DNA from: Trichomonas gallinae
Taxonomy: Eukaryota
Assembly: GCA_008369845.1 (NCBI GenBank)
Contig: MRSU01000492.1
Coordinates: forward strand, 1-35,599
DNA: 35,599 nucleotides
Direction: 5' to 3'
Part shown: positions 1 through 8,363 of the stretch, piece by piece
Numbering within the stretch: position 1 is the stretch's first letter
How the letters are laid out: each line of letters opens with the position of its first letter
Made by a program: the position numbers and the translations under genes
Notes under the pieces: model-generated
What the model saw: the letters and a program-made list of their open reading frames with translations, nothing else
The model's database searches: none
Told to the model about the DNA's origin: nothing

Positions 1-276
1 ACAGTCGCCCTCAGAGAAATCCGTAAGTACCAGAAGTCCACAGATCTCCTCATCCGTAAGCTCCCATTCCAGCGTCTCGTTAGAGAAATTGCTTCAGGAT
101 TCCGTGGTGATCTTCGTTTCCAGTCTTCAGCTATCGCTGCACTTCAAGAGGCTTCTGAGGCTTACCTCGTCGGACTCTTCGAAGACACAAACCTTTGCGC
201 TATCCATGCAAACCGTGTTACAATCATGGAACGTGATGTCCAACTCGCTCAGCGCATCCGTGGTGAGCGTAACTAA
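1..276 (+). CDS. H3: Histone H3, 3' part (5' end lies outside the window)
   Basis: Frame +1 reads [91 protein letters not shown], the H3 histone fold. Stop TAA 274-276 forms a TAAA signal. Absent from the ORF track because its ATG is outside the window. Confidence 0.98.
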   Translation, partial: TVALREIRKYQKSTDLLIRKLPFQRLVREIASGFRGDLRFQSSAIAALQEASEAYLVGLFEDTNLCAIHANRVTIMERDVQLAQRIRGERN

Positions 277-351
277 ACTATCCTTATTTGTTTTTTATAA
301 CTAATATTCTTTATTTTACAAAACAAAATAATATAAAGCAATAAACATGAG

Positions 352-437
352 AAAATGCTATTTTTGCTTGAATTCAATAATATATTCCGAGGATTTCGCA
401 TTAAAATGCTATTTTTTTTAAAATTCAATAATATATT
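352..437. repeat. Imperfect 35-bp direct repeat, 2 copies
   Basis: AAAATGCTATTTTTGCTTGAATTCAATAATATATT at 352-386 and AAAATGCTATTTTTTTTAAAATTCAATAATATATT at 403-437. Confidence 0.85.
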
Positions 438-488
438 GAAGAAATTAAATTTAGACTTGAATTCAATTGTGTCACGTTTGTACGACCA

Positions 489-608
489 TTGGGCGTTTCC
501 CGTGTTACGGCTCATTAGCCGCTACCTTTTACAACGACCCAACACCTTGTGGCTTTTTATACTTGGTATCTCCATGGTGCCAGGTAACAGTGGTCACAGA
601 TAACACTT
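489..608 (+). ncRNA. Candidate box H/ACA snoRNA (two hairpins)
   Basis: GC-rich island in AT-rich intergenic DNA. 3' hairpin: lower stem 548-553/593-598, upper stem 561-570/576-585 with G-U pairs that only work on the + strand, pocket TTTTTAT/AACAGT, and ATAACA (600-605) 14 nt from the pocket. 5' hairpin 489-542 is followed by ACA (542-544). Confidence 0.65.
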
Positions 609-881
609 CTAATTTTCAGAGTTTTTATTATCAAAACATTTAGAAAAAAGTATTTGCTAAAGAAATGGGCTCAGACAACAATCTACTGCCATTATATCGC
701 CAAACTTCCTTTTATTACACATAACTTTTCATGATATGAAGACAATAATTTTGAATAACATTGATTTTGTATTTTTACGATGAGAGATATGATATCTGTA
801 TGATTGCCAATATTTCTAATACGCTTGTGTTGAAGCTTTTTAATAAAAGTAATATATAATAACATTTACTCTATAAAAACA

Positions 882-3365
882 TTATGAAAAGTCAATAGTT
901 GTCTGACCTTTTGGCAAGCTCTGCTTCTTTTTGTCTTTTGGGCTTGATTTTGGTTTTTGAGATCTTACTGGGCTTTGCGACATTTGGCTGCTTTGTGATT
1001 TCTTTGATTGTGATTGAGATAACTGTGACGACTTTTTCATTGGCTCTCTAGCGACGATGCAGTCAGCAGCGAGCCATATATCTTCCAAACTTTCTTCATT
1101 TTCAACAGTAGCAACGGAAATTTCCGCGCCAACAACTCTTCCGCACTCGCAAACTAATGGGCTGTAACCAATACCATCATCTACCTTCCATTGTATATTT
1201 TCTTCGCTGCAGTGTATTGTCCTGTTGTATTTGTTCGTGATTGGCAAAACCAAAGTTTTTTGTTGGTTTCCGATTATTTCCAAAAATCCTTGTTTATTAG
1301 GATCAAAAGTGTCTATTGTGGTGATCCTAGATGAAGTAAGAATAGGACTCTCACACATAGAACAAATAAACATCGCCCTTCTATCAACAGACAAAGTAAA
1401 TTCTTCTTCAGGTGCTACGTGAGTCGTGAAAAATTGTTTTATGTTTTTCGTCAAAACGCTTTGCGTCGAAATTTTGTTTGTCGCTTGTTTTATCCATCTT
1501 GGAGCCGCATCAATATAATTTTGGAATCTGCTATCTATAAAAACAACAATACCAAAATCTCCTGGCTGAGATATAGCAGATTCTGCACAAAGATATGCAT
1601 CCCTTAAACCATTTTGTTCGCTGAAATCTAGTTCACTTTTTATTTGATTTTCGATGATTCTCTGCGAAGTTTCTGGCAGTTTCTGTTGATCATTTTGTTG
1701 CTGATTGTCACGAATTCTTTTTAGTTCGGATAATCTATCCATTCTTTTCGGAATTCCGAAGAAAAACAAGCATCTTAGCTGTCTTCCTGATAAATCGCAA
1801 ATAGCATTAATATCATTTGTTATCAATAATCCACCATTTCCAACGGAAATTGATGATTTATATTCATCTATGTATTTATCACTTTGCTTTTGATAAAATA
1901 AAGGTTTGTGCTTTTTGATTCTTTTGGTAAAATTATTTTTTCTCCATGAAAGAATCATATCGAATGGATTCTCAATGAATAAAACAATTCCATCTGGTAT
2001 ATTTTGGCATTGAGACTCAATTAATTTGCCTAAGGCATTATACGTTTGTTCTTTGTTTTCTGAATTTGAACTTAAAACAACATCATCTGATGAATAACTC
2101 AAAGTAAATGCAGCAAAATTATCATTAGCGAAAGGATGCATTCCTGAATAAACAATCTCGAAGTTTGTATTAAGTGATGTAGCAATGGAATCGAAAGGCG
2201 TCAAAACGTTTGCTGTGAATATAATTGAATGAGCAGTTTTTGTAAAATCTTTGAAAATCGGTCCAATGGATAAAGATCTAAAAATCATTTGCTCATCATT
2301 TGCAAATATATCGAAAACAAAATCATTAGGATTCTCTCTTGCCAAGCCAATTAAATAAACAATGATATATAATTTCGAGTAAGAATTATATTGTATAAAT
2401 TCGTCAGAAAGATTTTGCGAAAATAAAATTTCTAAATTTTCTTTGATTGCTATAAATTCAGAATCACTAAATCGTATTTCTTCAAATATCTGCTGCACAG
2501 TGAACGCATCGCATGATAATCCCGAGGCGATGGTTTCAGGTGAATGATCTATAATAACATTTTTCAGTTTTGACAAAAAACTTTTCAAACTCGAATCATT
2601 TGGTAACAATGAATCTATTTCTCCCGTAAATAATGAGAATGAGCACATGTCAATTAAAATATTTTCTATGCTCGGCAAATCTTCGAAAATTAATATATTT
2701 TGCTCGTTTTTCAATCCAAGTTTTTCGATTTTTTCGACAAAGAAAAATGTTTCTAACGTGCAAAAAATGACATCTGCTTCTTTAATATTGTCTTTCGTCA
2801 GTAAATAAGGACACTGCGTGTGTTCTATGCATGAGCTTTTAATCTCTTCAATATCAAAACCGGAAATATCATTAATTTTTAAATCATTGCTGCAAAACTT
2901 GCATTCATTGACAGCTCGTACAGATGAACACCAAAATAATGGATTATCTTTAATTTTTACGTCCGAATTTAAACAATAGTTGTGAATATTTTGTAAAATC
3001 AACGTCGAAGGTACATTATTCATTCTTTTAACGAGGTGTATTAATTGTGAGATAGTATTTTCTGAATTACAAACTACAATGATCTGAAATGATTTATTTG
3101 TGTTTGTTTTCGAAATTTCAAAAGTATTTTGCATTACTGGATCTATTTTCATTGGCGGTTCTGATATTTCTGTTCTATTTGCTTGTTGATATGATATTGC
3201 TGCGGAAAGAACTAAAAAGGCTCTTTCTATTCCTTCAGGTGATTCAATAATAGCATTTTTTTGCGATAACAACGCATGCATTGTATTGACTATGATATTT
3301 CGTTGCACAACAGTTGGTGAGAAATCGTTAAATCTAACATTTATCCCACCAACTTGAAAACTCAT
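882..3365 (-). CDS. FANCJ/RTEL1/XPD-family Fe-S helicase-like protein with degenerate ATPase motifs and a C-terminal Cys cluster
   Basis: N-terminus VGGINVRF...AIIESPEG resembles the FANCJ/RTEL1 start. Fe-S-type Cys are present (YCLN, WCSS, ECKF, QCPY), plus ADVIFC, SIIFTANVLTPFDS, IPDGIVLF, FFGIP and DFGIVVFIDSRF. Confidence 0.85.
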   Translation of the reverse strand: MSFQVGGINVRFNDFSPTVVQRNIIVNTMHALLSQKNAIIESPEGIERAFLVLSAAISYQQANRTEISEPPMKIDPVMQNTFEISKTNTNKSFQIIVVCNSENTISQLIHLVKRMNNVPSTLILQNIHNYCLNSDVKIKDNPLFWCSSVRAVNECKFCSNDLKINDISGFDIEEIKSSCIEHTQCPYLLTKDNIKEADVIFCTLETFFFVEKIEKLGLKNEQNILIFEDLPSIENILIDMCSFSLFTGEIDSLLPNDSSLKSFLSKLKNVIIDHSPETIASGLSCDAFTVQQIFEEIRFSDSEFIAIKENLEILFSQNLSDEFIQYNSYSKLYIIVYLIGLARENPNDFVFDIFANDEQMIFRSLSIGPIFKDFTKTAHSIIFTANVLTPFDSIATSLNTNFEIVYSGMHPFANDNFAAFTLSYSSDDVVLSSNSENKEQTYNALGKLIESQCQNIPDGIVLFIENPFDMILSWRKNNFTKRIKKHKPLFYQKQSDKYIDEYKSSISVGNGGLLITNDINAICDLSGRQLRCLFFFGIPKRMDRLSELKRIRDNQQQNDQQKLPETSQRIIENQIKSELDFSEQNGLRDAYLCAESAISQPGDFGIVVFIDSRFQNYIDAAPRWIKQATNKISTQSVLTKNIKQFFTTHVAPEEEFTLSVDRRAMFICSMCESPILTSSRITTIDTFDPNKQGFLEIIGNQQKTLVLPITNKYNRTIHCSEENIQWKVDDGIGYSPLVCECGRVVGAEISVATVENEESLEDIWLAADCIVAREPMKKSSQLSQSQSKKSQSSQMSQSPVRSQKPKSSPKDKKKQSLPKGQTTIDFS

Positions 3366-3378
3366 GAAAAATCTATCT

Positions 3379-3410
3379 CCCTAAATATTTTTGCCAGACC
3401 CTAAATATTT
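3379..3410. promoter_or_regulatory. Paired CCCTAAATATTT motif, 20-bp period, upstream of the helicase-like gene
   Basis: Identical 12-mers at 3379-3390 and 3399-3410, 14-45 bp upstream of the minus-strand ATG at 3365. Confidence 0.45.
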
Positions 3411-3589
3411 ACCAAAACTCAAAACTAGACCATCAATATATATTTCACAAAGTATCCAATCCAAATTTACAGGATTATAATGAAACAATGCCTTGATTCA
3501 GTGAAATTTATCAGTGTAATTTTTTTGAATCATTCATTAAAGGTGTTTTGTTGTTATCGCCTTTAAATTTATGCATCATAATTGCGATT

Positions 3590-4592
3590 TTATTTCATTG
3601 CAGTTACAAGAAATAGATAAAAATGATAGGTTGAATGACTTACAATGTTATCTGAGTCTATAAAATCAAATATTTTTGTACATTCAAATGGAAAGAAAGC
3701 TATTATTGATGCTACAGTTAAATTGTTAGATATATAGACAGGTCCATCAGATCCCACAAAATCACCAAGATAACAATTGTTAACGGTTGTATTGCCAGAA
3801 GATGAAAGTTCAAATGTAAATCGTACTTTTTCTGAATGGAACCCTTTATCACGATACAATAACTCTTTGTATTGGAAAGCACAATTATCAATTATCACAA
3901 AAATTCCATCACATGAATGTTGATGAGCCATGATTTCCAAAATAATTACAAAATTTAATATCTAGATTGGATGTTGGTGAGCCAGTAAAAAATGATGAAT
4001 ATTGCTGTATTGTATTATTAACAAAATTTGAATAACAAACGAAGGAATCGAAATCACTCAAATCAAGGCATAGAGCTCCATCATCACCAATATTAGTGAA
4101 TGAAATATTAAGAGATGATATATTTACAACACTTTTTTCGTAATCAATTGGTGATTGAGGTCCCCAAGCATATAAATCACTCGATAACGATGACTCCATT
4201 CAAATATTTTGATTTAAAGTATTTGAAGCCTTTACATAACAATATATGCCTGTTATCTTACCCTCTAAATATTCATCAAAATCTCTATCATGCCGTAAAG
4301 AAAATTTATTAGCACAAATTCGGTTTTGGATGCACTGACCTTTGCTTTTGAAAAGGAGACACCCTCCCATATTTATATTGCAACAGTTAGAAAATATACT
4401 ATCTTCTAAAAGAAATTTTGTAGAATCAGAAGAATTCTTAAATATAATAGCACCATACTCAGTAAGATCTATAAACTGGCAAAATGTCACATAGTAATTT
4501 AAATAAGAGCAATTTAAATATTTACTTTTTCGAAAATATTTTTTATCTGGAGCACCAGAATAAAAATCGGGCCATCCGGTCAATATATACAT
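3590..4592 (-). pseudogene. Disrupted gene of a Cys/Asn/Phe-rich, beta-helix-like hypothetical family
   Basis: Three collinear fragments of the same composition (CQFID, SIFSNC, GGCLLF, YSNFVNNT, IDNCAF, VNNCY). An in-frame TGA at 4200-4202 directly precedes the next fragment, there is a frameshift near 3910-3940, and more in-frame stops lie upstream of 4592. Confidence 0.75.
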
Positions 4593-4749
4593 TAAAGCTC
4601 GAGTATATCAAACTCCTTGCTAAATCATCTAGTTTATTAATTCACAAACCCAAGTAACACCAAGATTAATTAATCCCCTATAATAAAATTTATCCCCCTA
4701 ATTAACCAAAAATAGTTTTTGACAAGTAAAATCCAAAATTTGACGAATT

Positions 4750-4761
4750 TTTCGCGCCAAA
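4750..4761. promoter_or_regulatory. E2F-consensus-like site TTTCGCGCCAAA
   Basis: Matches the classic overlapping E2F element, 14 bp upstream of ATG 4776, in CpG-poor DNA. Confidence 0.4.
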
Positions 4762-4775
4762 AATATCCACAAAAA

Positions 4776-5435
4776 ATGGCTTCCCCACCAACTAAAGCAC
4801 TCATATTCGAACTCCTTAGAAAAAGCGACAGATCAGTGAGCAGCATCATTGTCGATGCCATTGCACCGTTTTGCGAATCATCTGAGCAATTCAACAATTA
4901 TTTAATCCCGTTAGCAGAAATAAGAAACCAAATAGAAGATCCATTGATTAAAATTCGTTCATATATGTTTAACATTCTAATAATATTCAATATATCCGTA
5001 AAATCTGGCGAAACAGAAAAATTATCTGATGAACATTTCAAACAAGCGCTTTTATTCTCAAGACTTGCATTACCAATGTGTGCATCTATCAGCGATACAG
5101 GAATTTCAGAGTTTTTCGACGAAATCCAACAACATATTCAACATTCATTTGCAACTTCATTCAATCAGCTTCAATACGAACTTGGATTAGCTGCAAATGT
5201 AGCAGAAGAGCCAGTAAACCTAGCACAGCCAATTAAAAGAAAACATTACGGAGATCCCTTAAAAATTGAACAAAAGAAGCCAGAACCACATGATATATTT
5301 AAATTCGATCATGGAGCGTTTAAGCATGCTGTTTCTTATCGACCTGGAGCTTCACTTACTAATATGGTTCGTCTTCGTGTCAAAAAGACGCCAAATATGG
5401 ACAAGAAAGTGCGACCTAAGAAGCCAGAAGAGTAA
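4776..5435 (+). CDS. Hypothetical protein, 219 aa, basic C-terminus
   Basis: Open frame with AAAAA-ATG context at 4776. The TTG start at 4719 in the ORF track is unlikely in a eukaryote. Confidence 0.75.
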   Translation: MASPPTKALIFELLRKSDRSVSSIIVDAIAPFCESSEQFNNYLIPLAEIRNQIEDPLIKIRSYMFNILIIFNISVKSGETEKLSDEHFKQALLFSRLALPMCASISDTGISEFFDEIQQHIQHSFATSFNQLQYELGLAANVAEEPVNLAQPIKRKHYGDPLKIEQKKPEPHDIFKFDHGAFKHAVSYRPGASLTNMVRLRVKKTPNMDKKVRPKKPEE

Positions 5436-5842
5436 GGTAATCAAAAATGTTCTCTAATTTCAATAATAATAATCAAAATATTTTACAAATTACTTAATAT
5501 AATCATAATATTAACCGAAATCAATGATGTTGTATCAATTTGTTCGTGTTTTATCATATTTGTTTATTTCCATTTTTATATTTTTTTATAGAGCGTAAAT
5601 AATCTTTGTTTGTTCTCAACAATGATAATTTAGTTTTAAAAATCTATCATCTAATAATGAGCCAAATCTCAGCAACGTTTTCCATAGAAAATATTTTTGA
5701 GAAAAATATAATCTTGGATAACATGCGATTTCTGAGTGAAAATAGGCTATTTATTATGTGAATGATTCATTGTTACAAGATTTAAAGAATTTTTTGATTT
5801 ACCCCTTTTTAAATAATCAAGCCCCTAATATATAATTAAAAA

Positions 5843-6301
5843 ATGAGTTCTCCTGTTTCTTATAAGAAATCTCAAGCCAATACTATGCGAATTTCAGGTT
5901 CGAGGTCTCCATCGCAAAAAAAGACTATTGTTATCAGTGATTACAGCTCTTCTGATGAAGATACATTAGGTTTATCGCAATCATCAAAAAGACAATCACA
6001 GCAAACCATAATCAAGAAAAAATACGATACTGAGGACAATTTTTCGCAAAAAGATCAAGAATCATTATCACAAGTAACTCCATTACACTCAACACTAAAT
6101 TCACAATCAATACCAGTATCTACACAGACAAAAAAGTATGTTCCTAAGCAAGCAATGACATGTGTTCAGGAACAATATATTGATCTTTTCAAAGCATTGG
6201 ATATTTTAGATTGTACAGTTGTACCATCATGGATTACAAGCAAAAATCCAATTTATAGCGATATTTCAGAACATCACGAATCTTCTATAAATTCGAATTA
6301 A
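5843..6301 (+). CDS. Hypothetical Ser/Gln-rich protein, 152 aa
   Basis: AAAAA-ATG start, coding-like composition, several SQ/SP sites, no recognised domain. Confidence 0.7.
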   Translation: MSSPVSYKKSQANTMRISGSRSPSQKKTIVISDYSSSDEDTLGLSQSSKRQSQQTIIKKKYDTEDNFSQKDQESLSQVTPLHSTLNSQSIPVSTQTKKYVPKQAMTCVQEQYIDLFKALDILDCTVVPSWITSKNPIYSDISEHHESSINSN

Positions 6302-6653
6302 TTTTGATCATGAATTACCTTTCCTTGCTTTGGAAATGCATACTATATTGTTTGTTGTTTGAATAAATACATAATATTTCATTAATCATAAAATTATTTT
6401 ATCTTTGATTAAATAATTAGATTTCGGAAATATTAATATGGTATTATATATCATGTAAGGAAGTAACAATATATGCCAATCTCAGATATGAAAAAACGCA
6501 ATCATAAATTTATTATTTTATCATTAATATTGTTATTTATTATTTAGAAGAAAAATCACAATATATAAAATACCATTAATATTAGCAGAAAAAATTATTA
6601 TATTCGTAATGAAAATAGAACGAAAATTAGAAATGAAATAATATAAGTATAGT

Positions 6654-7820
6654 TTATTCTGGTTTTTCTACATCAACACTAGGTTCATTTTCTTGTTTGC
6701 CTATTTTAATATCAAGACCACCTTTCTGAGGAACTTCTAGCTTAAATTGATTTGGATTATAAGATGTTTTGCCAATCTTTAATACTCCAAGCGAAGTCTG
6801 CACATTTTCAGGTAGATGTGTTGTTCCTGTTGTAGCAGTGAATGTTTTTCCGCCTGTGCTCATTTGTGCGGGTTGTACCCATGTTTTTTCTCTAGGTGTT
6901 ATTGTAATTCCTGAAACTTGTGACAATCTCTGCTGTGGAGACACATTATATTGGTAATTAAAGTTCATATTCGGCGATGATATACTTATTCCTCCATTTT
7001 CTATTGGAATAAATTTATTTTGTGTATTAAAATCTTGTCTTGGCTCTAGATACTGTTCTTGATATGGTCCACGTCTAATATTTGGCGGATGTTCACCTAG
7101 AGGGAAGGGACCGAGTGGATATCCTTCTGGATAAAAAGGTTTTTCATCTGGTCGATAAATCATATCAACTGGAACTGGAGGACCAACATATCCGAAGTCC
7201 TGGTTGTAAGGATTCATTCCTGGTCCGATTTGATTGACTTGTTCGAATTGATAATCATATGGCATGTAAGGTGTTGGATTTATTGTATTTCTCTGTCCAT
7301 TGTGTCCCACAGATACAAATTTTGTTGGTATTGGAGCTTTAGGAACATCAACTTGAATTCCATAAGCAGCGCCAACTGTTGGCTTAGATTCAGGATCTAA
7401 TTTCGATGGAGGATGCCTTGGATTGAATGGCTCTTCAATCTCACCATTTTCAAATGGATCAGTTTTCGTTGCATAGTCCGGATATGCTTCTCTTGGCGGA
7501 GGAGGAAGAGAAGGCACCATTCCATCTCTCAATGTAGAATACAGTGGATCTTTGGTGGCTTTTTTGTCGATTCTTAGTCCTTTCTGCGATTTTGGATTGT
7601 GATAATAATTTTTGCCGTTATATTCCTTTCTACTTTCTATTTTCTTGTTTATTTCGCTCATTTCGTTTTGTTTGTTGATTTTTCGCTGCATTTGCGCTTT
7701 CTTTAATCTATCATTCGCTGCTTTCGCTTGATATGTATCGCCGCTGAACAGCCCAAGCACGTCACTGAGGTTATCGTCTGAATCGCTGCCGTTGTCGACC
7801 ACATTTCGGACTTTAGACAT
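6654..7820 (-). CDS. Hypothetical Pro/Gln/Asn-rich low-complexity protein, 388 aa
   Basis: Long ORF, raised GC, TAAA at the stop, no recognised domain. Confidence 0.85.
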   Translation of the reverse strand: MSKVRNVVDNGSDSDDNLSDVLGLFSGDTYQAKAANDRLKKAQMQRKINKQNEMSEINKKIESRKEYNGKNYYHNPKSQKGLRIDKKATKDPLYSTLRDGMVPSLPPPPREAYPDYATKTDPFENGEIEEPFNPRHPPSKLDPESKPTVGAAYGIQVDVPKAPIPTKFVSVGHNGQRNTINPTPYMPYDYQFEQVNQIGPGMNPYNQDFGYVGPPVPVDMIYRPDEKPFYPEGYPLGPFPLGEHPPNIRRGPYQEQYLEPRQDFNTQNKFIPIENGGISISSPNMNFNYQYNVSPQQRLSQVSGITITPREKTWVQPAQMSTGGKTFTATTGTTHLPENVQTSLGVLKIGKTSYNPNQFKLEVPQKGGLDIKIGKQENEPSVDVEKPE

Positions 7821-8363
7821 TCAAGAAAATAAGCAATAAAATTTTTGACAGATAAGAAATTTTAATAAATCTATCAAATACAATTACTATGTCTAAAACT
7901 GATTCTAAATTCATCAAAAAAATTCTTTTAAATCAATTTATTTTGACTAACAAAAATATTTTTCAGCCTTCATCTCACTACATTATAACTAAGTATTATT
8001 AAACGTGATAATGCTACGTTTATACTAATCAAAACATCTATATCATAAATTTATTTTTATCAAAAAAATTATTTCTAAGTCAAGTAACAATTTCTTTCAT
8101 TGTTCTATGATTAAATAAAGCTTTGCTTTCATGTTCAATACATCTAAATGCTTAATTTTCTAAAAAATCAATTTTGTATTAAAATATTGATTTTTGATCC
8201 TATTAAACTGTATATTGTTAAATTTCTCGCAAGATCTATTGTTTTTATATGTATTTTCAAATTTAATTTTTGAAAATATTATAAACATTTTCAATAGTTT
8301 GTAGAGAAGCATAATAATGTGTTGATAGCGCTTTTGATGTGGATAGAAAATAATTTATGTATG

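Noticed and set aside
563..590. Minus strand TTACCTGGCACCATGGAGATACCA resembles the 5' end of metazoan U1 snRNA
   Set aside because: It lacks the full ACUUAC 5' end, the U1-70K loop and an Sm site. The stem's G-U pairs become A-C mismatches on the minus strand, so the + strand H/ACA reading fits better.
89..603. ORFs 89-304, 273-515 and 355-603
   Set aside because: Alternative frame of histone H3, or AT-rich/ncRNA sequence without protein features.
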